Made by a program: the position numbers and the translations under genes | Shown here: positions 28,383 to 36,482 of the stretch, piece by piece | Numbering within the stretch: position 1 is the stretch's first letter | Layout of the letters: each line of letters opens with the position of its first letter | Source: a virus | Lineage: Duplodnaviria > Caudoviricetes | DNA: 56,260 nt | Virus record (IMG/VR): IMGVR_UViG_3300016471_000620 | Span: 1-56,260 of that record | Direction: 5' to 3' (one strand) | The notes under the pieces: generated by a model | The model's input: the letters and a program-made list of their open reading frames with translations, nothing else | Database searches by the model: none | What the model was told of the DNA's origin: nothing

Positions 28383-28540
28383 CAGTCGACTGTGCGGGCC
28401 GCCCCGCAGATCGCGACCCAGGTGACGAGCCCCAGAATTGTCGAGACGGCCCAATGCCCGGTGAACATCACGCACGTGACGAACACGCCCACGCCCAGCC
28501 CCATGCCCATGATGACGATCAACTGCCGCTCGGTGTTCAC
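28382..28540 (-). CDS. Small two-TM membrane protein
   Basis: GTG start overlapping the upstream stop; two hydrophobic segments; TGATG coupling to int. Confidence 0.5.
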   Translation of the reverse strand: MNTERQLIVIMGMGLGVGVFVTCVMFTGHWAVSTILGLVTWVAICGAARTVD

Positions 28541-28887
28541 GATGGGCGATGCAGCTTGGGCTTCTTGGCCGCGCGGAGGCGTGCGGCCTGCTTGTCGGAC
28601 CGGATCTTCGTCGCCTCGGCGGCGCTCAGCACACCGTCCAGCCGGGCCCGAGCCTGGTCCTCCGCCTCGGCGGCGAGCTTCGTTGTCCATCCGGAAAGCT
28701 CCGGGATCCTCCGGCGAATCACGTTGTCGCCGTGAACCAGCAGTGTCTCCATTCCCGCTGATTCCATTGTCTGGATCGCTGTCGCGACATCCTGCGACGA
28801 CCTGGCGAGAGCGTCCTTAACTCGAATCAGCTCCTTGATCTTCCGTGCGACTCGCATCTGGGCATCCCGTGTGGCATGTGGCAGCAA
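28537..28887 (-). CDS. Hypothetical protein at the head of the int operon (possible regulator)
   Basis: Downstream of the leftward promoter TTGACA-18-GATACT. Confidence 0.55.
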   Translation of the reverse strand: MLPHATRDAQMRVARKIKELIRVKDALARSSQDVATAIQTMESAGMETLLVHGDNVIRRRIPELSGWTTKLAAEAEDQARARLDGVLSAAEATKIRSDKQAARLRAAKKPKLHRPS

Positions 28888-28894
28888 TGCATCA

Positions 28895-29007
28895 AGTATC
28901 GAACTGCAACGAAACTGCTGTCAATCTGCGAATCGCCGAAAGTTCCGAATCAGTTCAGTATTTTCTGACGCACTTGTGTTGCATTTCTGCCGCACAACTG
29001 CTACAAT
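28895..29007. promoter_or_regulatory. Divergent promoter pair (lysis/lysogeny switch region)
   Basis: Minus strand TTGACA (28924-28919)-18-GATACT; plus strand TTGCAT (28979)-17-TACAAT with ATG 7 nt downstream. Confidence 0.6.
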
Positions 29008-29013
29008 CATGCA

Positions 29014-29328
29014 ATGAGCAGCGCACGAACGAACGGAGTCACGGGCCGCAGGAGGCCGCCGAAGCAGGCCAAGATGGTCGAGCCGATTGTGGACGGAGCC
29101 ACCTACACGAAGGAGCTGCTCAGGGATCGCCACGGGATTGGCACACGAGCATGGAATCGGCTCGTCAAGGCAGGGATGCCCGTCGACCGGATCGGAAACC
29201 GCGTGTTTCAGCGCGGGGAAGTGATTCGGGAATGGATTGCGCGAGTGGCGGCCGACAAGAGGGCGAGCCGTGCACACGCGCAGGATTTAGCAGGGATGCC
29301 CGCAACGGACGGCGGCAATGGGAACTGA
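29014..29328 (+). CDS. Excisionase/Cro-like winged-helix protein
   Basis: YT..L....GIG......L...G.P..RIG.R......I.EWI; divergent from int. Confidence 0.65.
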   Translation: MSSARTNGVTGRRRPPKQAKMVEPIVDGATYTKELLRDRHGIGTRAWNRLVKAGMPVDRIGNRVFQRGEVIREWIARVAADKRASRAHAQDLAGMPATDGGNGN

Positions 29329-29384
29329 GGGAGTAGCCTGGTGGGAAGCCCCACGGCGGTGTTGATTCCGTCGTGGGGCAACGA

Positions 29385-29455
29385 CCCGGGGTCGGCAAGT
29401 GGTCTGCCAGAGGGCTCATGCCCCTCGCACGCTGGTTCGAGTCCAGCCCCCGGCG
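29385..29455 (+). tRNA. tRNA(CAT) with initiator-like features
   Basis: Cloverleaf CCCGGGG TC GGCA AGTGGTC TGCC A GAGGG CTCATGC CCCTC GCAC GCTGG TTCGAGT CCAGC CCCCGGC G; no encoded CCA. Confidence 0.75.
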
Positions 29456-29751
29456 CTGAGTGTGGTAGTGAGCGAGAAGAAGTGCCGCTGAAGAGCTGGA
29501 AAACCACCCGGTCTGTATCCTCCGGGCGAAGTATCTGGCGTGGCGGCCCGGTCACGCAGAGAGCCGGTTAACGCCAACGCCGCGCCCCGCCTTGAGAGGG
29601 GACCCCACAAAAGACGGCGCACATTGGGCCGGGAGTCGCACCCGGGAGCATCCACGCAGCGACATTTTTTTTGTCTGGCGACGCAGTGGTTGCGTCAGCA
29701 GAAGTTCATGTTCCGGCCCGGGTTCACTTGGGCCGCGGTTTGGAGTAAATC

Positions 29752-29931
29752 ATGCTGGTGTTGGGACGCAAGGTCGGGGAGTACGTGCAGGTCGGACACG
29801 ACATTCAGGTGCACGTCGTCGATGTTCGGGGCGGCAATGTGCGGATCGGGATCGTGGCCCCGAAAGAGGTGCAGATCACTCGCCCTGAGCTTGAATCCGG
29901 GCTCGGCAGTTCCGACAAAACTGATTCCTAA
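29752..29931 (+). CDS. csrA: Carbon storage regulator CsrA/RsmA homolog (59 aa, absent from the ORF track)
   Basis: MLVLGRKVGEYVQVGHDIQVHVVDVRGGNVRIGIVAPKEVQITRPEL; GGAG RBS. Confidence 0.9.
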   Translation: MLVLGRKVGEYVQVGHDIQVHVVDVRGGNVRIGIVAPKEVQITRPELESGLGSSDKTDS

Positions 29932-29934
29932 CTG

Positions 29935-29964
29935 TTGACTTTAATCATGCACGAGTGTATGATT
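29935..29964 (+). promoter_or_regulatory. Sigma70 promoter with operator, site 3
   Basis: TTGACT-17-TATGAT; AATCATGCAC-GA-GTGTATGATT. Confidence 0.8.
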
Positions 29965-30007
29965 CAGCCGTCGGGGCAATCAGTTACTCTTGTCGGAGAG
30001 CAGCAGC

Positions 30008-30331
30008 ATGTCGGAGCGGTTTTTCGAGACAACCATTGAGGATGCCGATCGCAGGATCGAGTTCGACGTCCGGATTCAGTGGGAGCGGTGGGAAGATGAG
30101 GGCCGGAGGACGTGCGTCGCGGCAACGCACGTCAAAGTGACTGGCGGGCGGGTCGCATTCCGTGGGATGGTCTCCGCTGGGGCCCGCAACACAGTCTGGT
30201 GCGAGATCGACGCCGACGATATCGCGACGATTTGCGTGCAGGATTTCTGCCGCAAATACAGGGACGAGATCGACGACGCTGTCGTCGCTGAGCACGAGCG
30301 GATCGAGGACGCAGGGCTCTGCCTTGTCTGA
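30008..30331 (+). CDS. Hypothetical protein
   Basis: GGAGA RBS; first gene after operator site 3. Confidence 0.6.
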   Translation: MSERFFETTIEDADRRIEFDVRIQWERWEDEGRRTCVAATHVKVTGGRVAFRGMVSAGARNTVWCEIDADDIATICVQDFCRKYRDEIDDAVVAEHERIEDAGLCLV

Positions 30332-31379
30332 CTTGTCTGATCGCAAGAAGCACCTGAGCCCCTCGCAGCTCGACATGATGTCGCGCTGCGGGGAGGCGTA
30401 TCGGAGAAGGTACATCGAGGGGCAACGGATTCCCCCCGGGATTGCAATGCTGAGCGGCACTGGCGTGCATGCCGGTGCCGAAGTCAACTTTCGGCAGAAG
30501 ATCGACACTCACGTCGACCTGCCGGCGGAGGACATTGTCGACGCGTCGGTGGACGGGTTCGACCGCGCTCTTTCTCGCGGATATGAGCGCGGCCCGGAGG
30601 ACGAGCATCCGGACGTTGCTCGGGACAGCGTGGCCGACATGGCTCGGCTCTACGCGGACGAAGTGGCCCCGGAGTACCAGCCTCGGTTCGTGGAGCAGAT
30701 GGTGCGGATCGAGCTGCCTGGCTCGCACGACATGCTCGGCGTGCTGGACATGGCGGACGATGCTGGCCGGGTCGTCGACCTGAAGACGTCCGGCAAGGCG
30801 AAGTCACAGGCTGAGGCCGATGCCAGCCCGCAACTCACGTTCTACGCGGCGGCCCACAAGGTGCTGACGGGCAATCTGGCCGAAACTGTTCGGCTCGAAG
30901 TCTTGGTCAAGAACAAGACCCCGAAGCGGGTGATGCTCGAATCCACCCGCGGGCCGGCCGACTTTGCGGCGCTGGCCAATCGCATCAACACCGCCTCGGC
31001 TGCGATTGAGGCTGGTGTGTTCCTGCCGGCCGATCCCAGTTCGTGGATGTGCTCTCCGCGCTGGTGCGGATACTACAGCACATGCCGTTACGTGGCCCAA
31101 CGGGAGCGGGTGTTTGTGGACCTGGCTGGTTCCGATACGGGATCGGCTCAGCCAATCGTAAGGCCTGCGACGCGTGCCAAGTCGTACGCCAGCCCGCTGG
31201 CCAGAATGCTGGACATGGACCCGCACTGTGCGATGTGCCGGTGCGAGTTGAGCAAACGTACCGCGCTGCTGGGGTTCATCGTGCCGCTGTCTGCCGGCGG
31301 TGCGAACAGCCCAGAAAACTACTGTCTTTTGTGCCGCGCCTGTGCGTCGCGGCGACTTACCACCAAGTCCTCTGAGTAG
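30324..31379 (+). CDS. PD-(D/E)xK RecB/Cas4-like exonuclease with a C-terminal degenerate HNH-like zinc domain
   Basis: LSPSQL...C, G..D...VVDLKT, QL..Y, C...WC.Y...C; then CAMC...IVPLSAGG....N...LC..C. Confidence 0.85.
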   Translation: MSDLSDRKKHLSPSQLDMMSRCGEAYRRRYIEGQRIPPGIAMLSGTGVHAGAEVNFRQKIDTHVDLPAEDIVDASVDGFDRALSRGYERGPEDEHPDVARDSVADMARLYADEVAPEYQPRFVEQMVRIELPGSHDMLGVLDMADDAGRVVDLKTSGKAKSQAEADASPQLTFYAAAHKVLTGNLAETVRLEVLVKNKTPKRVMLESTRGPADFAALANRINTASAAIEAGVFLPADPSSWMCSPRWCGYYSTCRYVAQRERVFVDLAGSDTGSAQPIVRPATRAKSYASPLARMLDMDPHCAMCRCELSKRTALLGFIVPLSAGGANSPENYCLLCRACASRRLTTKSSE

Positions 31380-31392
31380 GGAGATCACACAC

Positions 31393-32427
31393 ATGTCGGG
31401 TGAGAACCGTGCGACCGCTGAGTCGTTCCTGATGCCAGCTTCACGCCAGTCCGGCCCCAGTGGGGGGGCCCTGGCAAAGACCGATTCGGACCGCGGAGTC
31501 GCTGCCGTTCAGGCCGCGATGGCGATTGCCAAGCGGTTTCCGCGCGACACGGTCGACAGCGTGGAGCGGATCATGAACGCGTGCACGCGGCCCAGCCTGG
31601 CGGAGGGGGCTCTGTACTCCTACTCCCGAGGCGGGTCAGACGTCACCGGGCCGAGCATTCGCTTGGCGGAAGCAATTGCCCAGCAGTGGGGCAATCTTGA
31701 TGTGGGAGTGCGAGAACTGGAGCAGGACGAAGAGGGTTCGACCGTTGAGGCCTACGCGTGGGACCTGGAGACCAACACACGGATCAGCAAGGTGTTCCAC
31801 GTGCCGCACGTGCGGCACACCAAAACCGGTTCGCGGCCATTGACCGACCCGCGCGATATCTACGAGAACGTCGCGAACAACGGTGCTCGGCGGCTGCGGG
31901 CCTGCATTCTCGGGGTCATCCCCGGGGACGTGGTGGAGGCGGCCGTGCAGAAGTGCGAAGAGACTCTCCGCACCAAGTGCGACGTGGGTCCAGACGCCCA
32001 ACGGAAGCTGCTGGAGGCGTTCCGCGAGAAGGGAGTCACACGCGACCAGATCGAGAAGCGGATCCAGTGTCGCGTCGAAGCTATCCGCCCGGCCCAAATG
32101 GTGCAGATGCGCAAGATCTACGCCAGCATGCGCGACGGCATGTCGGCTGCCGCGGACTGGTTCGAGCCGGTCGCGCCGGCTGGATCCGGGAGTGGAGCGG
32201 CCGCTGCAACAGTCGACGCACTGACGAGCGGGCAGGGCAAGACGCTGGGAGACACCAGGCCGCTGCCGGCCGAGACGACCTGGCCGGCAGCCGAGAATCA
32301 GGACCCGCACGACGACGGAGGGCCGACGCTCGCGGACCTGATGGGCACTGTCGACCATGCCGCTGCCCGGCCCACTGAGCAGCCGACTCAGGCTGCCAGC
32401 GAGAAGAAGCCCGCGGGCAAGAAGTAG
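31393..32427 (+). CDS. Putative recombination (single-strand annealing-like) protein
   Basis: Follows the exonuclease; AKRFPRD...YS..RGG..V.GPSIRLAE...WGN; acidic tail. Confidence 0.55.
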   Translation: MSGENRATAESFLMPASRQSGPSGGALAKTDSDRGVAAVQAAMAIAKRFPRDTVDSVERIMNACTRPSLAEGALYSYSRGGSDVTGPSIRLAEAIAQQWGNLDVGVRELEQDEEGSTVEAYAWDLETNTRISKVFHVPHVRHTKTGSRPLTDPRDIYENVANNGARRLRACILGVIPGDVVEAAVQKCEETLRTKCDVGPDAQRKLLEAFREKGVTRDQIEKRIQCRVEAIRPAQMVQMRKIYASMRDGMSAAADWFEPVAPAGSGSGAAAATVDALTSGQGKTLGDTRPLPAETTWPAAENQDPHDDGGPTLADLMGTVDHAAARPTEQPTQAASEKKPAGKK

Positions 32428-32436
32428 CTGAGCCTG

Positions 32437-32500
32437 CCGTGCCGCTGGTGCAGCCCTGTGCCGACATGCGGGGTGGGCAGTTCGATTCTGCCGGCGCGGT
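32437..32500 (+). ncRNA. tRNA-like element 1 (acceptor stem plus canonical T arm)
   Basis: CCGTGCC/GGCGCGG stem; GGCAG-TTCGATT-CTGCC; reduced D and anticodon arms. Confidence 0.5.
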
Positions 32501-32543
32501 GTCTCGACCGATGGATGGTCGAGTGGTGGCCACGATGGCCAGT

Positions 32544-32664
32544 GAATTCGGCGGCGTGGACAGTGACACGCGGCATCAGTGGCCTAGATTCGTCGAGCCG
32601 GGACGACCGACGATGGAAGCCTAATGAGCAGTCCCACAGCAGGTGCGATTCCTGCCCGAATTCG
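32544..32664 (+). ncRNA. tRNA-like element 2 (acceptor stem, T arm, long insert)
   Basis: GAATTCGG/CCGAATTC stem; GCAGG-TGCGATT-CCTGC; D-like hairpin GCGTG-GACAGTGA-CACGC. Confidence 0.5.
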
Positions 32665-32776
32665 TTTGATGCACCATGACGGCCGAACGCGAGACGGCGC
32701 GGGGCCACATTGATCTGCGACTGCCGTCCTCAGCTCGCGTTTTACGCTACGCACTTCTGTACCGGAGCAAAGTGAC

Positions 32777-34330
32777 ATGTCGGAAACCAAATCTTTTGTC
32801 GGTCTTCGAGACGAGATCCTGACGCGAGACAAGGCCGTTGATGCGGCTGCGCTGCTTGAGAAAGGCAACCAGGCGATCGCCTGCTATGATCGCCAGATCA
32901 CTCTGGAAAACGTCGGCCCGGTGAAGCGGTGCACGCTTCCAGTCCCGAAAGGGGGTGGTGTCGTCGTTCTCCGCGGCCGAAACGGCAGCGGGAAGACGCA
33001 CGTGCTGAATGCAGTGCAGGCGTTGGTGTCGGGAGACGGCAGCCTGCCGGTGCGCGACGGACAGGGCCGCGCGAGTGTCGAAGGGCTGGGCGTGACGCTT
33101 CGCGTCGGCAAGCGGGCCGCACGGTCCGGAGAGCTGGAGGTGACGGCGATCGAGGGGGGCGTCGACCCGTCGACGCTGGTCGACCCCGGGATCCAAGACC
33201 CGGAGAAGGCCGACGCCCAGAGGGTGAAGGCACTGCTGACGCTGGCGCGTGCTGAGGCGCGACCAGAGCAGTTCAACGGCCTGATGCCTGGCGTGGAGCT
33301 TCCACTCGGGGACGAGACAGACCCTGTCAAGCTGGCGGCGATCGCCAAGCGGGCGTACCAGGCTCGTGCCCGCGACTCAGAGCAGGAGGCGGAGCTGGCG
33401 AAACGGGAAGCCGCGGCCCTCGAATCTGACCCGGAGGGATACAGGTACGACGGGCCGACTGACCCGCAGGTGCTGCAGTCGCAACTTGAGGCCGCCACGC
33501 GGCGCAAGATGGAACTGGAGGCCGCGGCGCGGGCAAATGAGGCTGCCACAATTCGGGCCAACGAGGCTCTTGCCCGGGTGCGGGTGCTCAGCCACGGGCA
33601 CGATACCAAGCTGCGACTGGCGACTGAGCAGCGAGACGCAGCGCAGGCGGAGTGGGACAATCACGAGAGAATCGTGGCCGATCTGAAGCAGCAGCTCGCT
33701 GATGCTCTCGTGCGCCGCGATGAGGCAGAGAAAAGGACTGAGCAGGCTGCCGCGAACGTCGAGAGCCTCGAGTCTGCAGGAAGGACGATTCTGGAACTGG
33801 AGGCGGAGGTCAACAAGGCGTCTGGAATCGTTCCTGTCGACACGGAGGCGATCACGGAGGCTGCAGAGGCGGTGACAGCCGCGACTGACAACATCCGCAG
33901 GGCCCAACTGAAGCGTCAGCACGAAGCTCAAATCGAGCGGTGCCGAGAGGCCAAGGTGCGGTCCAGCACAGCCGGTCTGGCGGCGAGGGACGCCCGGGAG
34001 GCCGCGGCGAAATGCGACGACGTGCTGTCGTCGCTGATCGACACGTGCGGTACCGGCCTGCGGTTCGACGGCGGGCGGTTGCGGCTTGCGACCGACCGCG
34101 GACCGGACGAGCTCTACGCCGATCTGTCGCACGGCGAGCGGTGGCGCATCGCCATCGACGTCTGTGTGACATCGGTCGGGGCGGAAGGGCTGATCGTGAT
34201 CCCGCAGGAAGCCTGGGAGGGACTGGACCCGATCGCTCGCGAGCAGATCGCCCAGCACTGCCGCGAGGTGTCTGCGACTGCTGTTACCGCAGAGGCAGAC
34301 GCGTGCGAGATGTCGGTGGAGGTGCTCTGA
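32777..34330 (+). CDS. SMC/Rad50-like ABC ATPase with coiled coil
   Basis: Walker A GRNGSGKT, long coiled coil, signature LSHGER, degenerate Walker B IVIPQE. Confidence 0.8.
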   Translation: MSETKSFVGLRDEILTRDKAVDAAALLEKGNQAIACYDRQITLENVGPVKRCTLPVPKGGGVVVLRGRNGSGKTHVLNAVQALVSGDGSLPVRDGQGRASVEGLGVTLRVGKRAARSGELEVTAIEGGVDPSTLVDPGIQDPEKADAQRVKALLTLARAEARPEQFNGLMPGVELPLGDETDPVKLAAIAKRAYQARARDSEQEAELAKREAAALESDPEGYRYDGPTDPQVLQSQLEAATRRKMELEAAARANEAATIRANEALARVRVLSHGHDTKLRLATEQRDAAQAEWDNHERIVADLKQQLADALVRRDEAEKRTEQAAANVESLESAGRTILELEAEVNKASGIVPVDTEAITEAAEAVTAATDNIRRAQLKRQHEAQIERCREAKVRSSTAGLAARDAREAAAKCDDVLSSLIDTCGTGLRFDGGRLRLATDRGPDELYADLSHGERWRIAIDVCVTSVGAEGLIVIPQEAWEGLDPIAREQIAQHCREVSATAVTAEADACEMSVEVL

Positions 34331-34333
34331 CCA

Positions 34334-34576
34334 ATGCCATACGGCCCATTGCGGCCCTCGGCAGTGACGGCCAGCCCGGAGCAGCTCGCGGCCTACCACG
34401 ACGCCGAACGCTACTCACGACCTCGCGAGCTGCGACGCAGGCGAGTTGTGACCTGGCCGGTTGAAGCCTGCGCGGCGACGCGCGAGAGGCTGGCAGCGCT
34501 GGTCGAGACTACCGATCTCAAGATTGTGTTGAGCCCGGAGTTCCTCAGTGAGCTTCGGCAGAGTTGTGACAACTGA
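34334..34576 (+). CDS. Hypothetical protein
   Basis: Short ORF in the operon, GGAGG upstream. Confidence 0.45.
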   Translation: MPYGPLRPSAVTASPEQLAAYHDAERYSRPRELRRRRVVTWPVEACAATRERLAALVETTDLKIVLSPEFLSELRQSCDN

Positions 34577-34695
34577 TACCGAAGTGTATCGTTCCGGTCA
34601 GCGCTGCAGGGTAGTAGCTGCCGCGCGACGACAATTGCTTTTCATCCGCCACCAGATCGGCCCGTCTACTACCGGGCTGGTCTGGTGGCGTTTTT
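34564..34695 (+). promoter_or_regulatory. Promoter plus kissing-loop terminator leader upstream of the replication initiator
   Basis: TTGTGA-17-TATCGT with degenerate operator; loop GGTAGTAG (34610-34617) complementary to CTACTACC (34666-34673) in an 18-bp terminator with T5. Confidence 0.65.
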
Positions 34696-34746
34696 CTTGG
34701 AGTCGTCGATGTCCACGAAGTGCGGCGCAGACGCGGAGGGGCTCAC

Positions 34747-35676
34747 ATGCGCGCCCCGTGGATAAAGTTCTTCCCTGCCGACTGGCTGCACGGTACTGAT
34801 CTGAGGCTGGTTTCGCTGGCGGCCCGGGGGCTCTGGATCGACCTGCTCTGCAGGATGCACGACTGCACTCCGAGGGGGTATCTGGTGGTCGCTGGGCGGC
34901 CCCTGGCGGTGGAGGAAATCGCTATTTTGACAGGAATCGAAGTATCGACAGCACGCGTTCTGCTGTCAGAACTGGAGGAGCGGAAGGTGTTCTCCAGAGA
35001 CGAAAACGGGGCCATCTTCAACCGTCGGATGGTGCGTGAGGGCGAGGTATCGAACGTGCGTTCGGAGGCTGGAAAGAAGGGCGGGAGGCCATCCGGAAAG
35101 CAAACGGAAAGCAAAACGAAAGCAAAACGAAAGCAAACGGAAAGCAACCCGAAAGCTGGAGGCGAAAGCAAACCACAAAGCAACGCTCTAGCTTCTAGCT
35201 TCTACATCTCCGCAGGAGATGCGCGTACCGAACCAGAAACGGCCCACGAAGAACACCCAAAGATCCTCGCGCAGACGCCTGGGTACGACCCGACTCCGGA
35301 CTGGCTGGTCATCGAGTCCGAGTTCATCCGCGAGTGGAACACGCATGCCGGGCGCGGCGCGTGCGAGCTCAGTTTCAACGCGATGCCGTACAACCTGGCT
35401 GAGCCATTCCGGACGGCGTGGCAGACGCCCGGGTGGTTGGAGCGAGCGCGCAAGGCGATGGCAAAATTCCCCCTGCGGAACGGGACGGTGGTCTCCCTCC
35501 GGCAGTTTCTTGTCCCGACCACGATTGACGAGATCCTCGGAGGAAAGCATGACTTTGAACCCTCAGTCCGAACCGCAGCAACTGGGACCGGTGGTCGCCG
35601 AGCTGGCCAGCCGCTTCCGCCGCACCTCGCCATCGGCGGGAGGCCGGTCGACCCAGACGCCGAAGTCCCGTTCTGA
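34747..35676 (+). CDS. Replication initiator (lambda O-like organisation)
   Basis: PWIKFFPADW....L...S..ARGLWIDLLC.M; internal iterons; followed by a DnaC-like loader. Confidence 0.8.
   Translation: MRAPWIKFFPADWLHGTDLRLVSLAARGLWIDLLCRMHDCTPRGYLVVAGRPLAVEEIAILTGIEVSTARVLLSELEERKVFSRDENGAIFNRRMVREGEVSNVRSEAGKKGGRPSGKQTESKTKAKRKQTESNPKAGGESKPQSNALASSFYISAGDARTEPETAHEEHPKILAQTPGYDPTPDWLVIESEFIREWNTHAGRGACELSFNAMPYNLAEPFRTAWQTPGWLERARKAMAKFPLRNGTVVSLRQFLVPTTIDEILGGKHDFEPSVRTAATGTGGRRAGQPLPPHLAIGGRPVDPDAEVPF
35096..35185 (+). repeat. Iteron array, putative replication origin
   Basis: Five tandem 11-bp GAAAGCAA-nnn units plus further partial copies inside the initiator gene. Confidence 0.8.
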
Positions 35677-36220
35677 TCGACCCTGGCCGCCGGGCGTGGC
35701 CCGCGCGACCTGGGAGCAGGCAGACGCCAAGATCGTTGTTCAATCGCTGCAGGCGATCAGCGACGGGGCCTGGCCGCTCGTGATTGCCGGCGATGTCGGG
35801 GCCGGGAAGTCGTGCCTGGCTGCCCTGCTGCTGTCGCTGGTCCCTGACCGCAGCGCTCGAATGTTCGACTGTTCCACGCTTCTCGGCCACGTGATGGAGG
35901 CCCGCACCAGCCCCTCCGGGGCGACCTCGATGCCGCTGCTGGACGGCGGGTCGGTCGACCGCACCGAGACTCAGATCCTGCGGTGGATTGATCAGATGTC
36001 GCTGCTGGTGCTGGACGATGTGGGCGTTCGGGCGCTGACCGAACCGCAGAGCGAGGCGTTGCTGCGGATCGTCAACCTGAGGCACGGCAAGCCCCTGATC
36101 GTCACGACGAACTGCACCGCCCTGCAGCTCCCGGACATGGTCGGACACCGCATCAACAGCCGCCTTCGGGAGGGGGCCGGGTTCCGAATCGAGTCTCCCG
36201 ACCGCAGGCTGGTGAGGTAG
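35549..36220 (+). CDS. DnaC/IstB-like helicase loader ATPase
   Basis: GDVGAGKS, LLVLDDVG, IVTTN, RINSRL. Confidence 0.85.
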   Translation: MTLNPQSEPQQLGPVVAELASRFRRTSPSAGGRSTQTPKSRSDRPWPPGVARATWEQADAKIVVQSLQAISDGAWPLVIAGDVGAGKSCLAALLLSLVPDRSARMFDCSTLLGHVMEARTSPSGATSMPLLDGGSVDRTETQILRWIDQMSLLVLDDVGVRALTEPQSEALLRIVNLRHGKPLIVTTNCTALQLPDMVGHRINSRLREGAGFRIESPDRRLVR

Positions 36221-36267
36221 TCGCCGGGGCCATTTCGACATTTTTTGCACAAGTGTGCCATTTGTGC

Positions 36268-36298
36268 TTGACTCGCCTCATACGCGAGTGTATGATTC
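36268..36298 (+). promoter_or_regulatory. Sigma70 promoter with operator, site 4
   Basis: TTGACT-17-TATGAT; TCATACGC-GA-GTGTATGA. Confidence 0.8.
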
Positions 36299-36482
36299 AG
36301 TCATCACGGGGCAACGCGAGCGACAGCAAAAACAGAACGTCGGTTGCGTCGGACTGCGGTAACGGAAGTGTCTCGCGAGCACACACCGAACCTACAACGC
36401 CGACAACCAAACCTGACCCGCCAGTAGCTGTCCCTCGCGTTGCTTCGAGCCTCCCCCGCCCGCCCCTGAAGGTTCACTGCGA

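Noticed and set aside
28383-28475. Upstream extension of the integrase ORF to 28475
   Set aside because: It overlaps a more plausible membrane-peptide gene; TGATG coupling supports the start at 28382.
29675-29738. Possible third tRNA(CAT)-like fold before csrA
   Set aside because: Hairpins are present, but there is no acceptor stem or canonical T loop.
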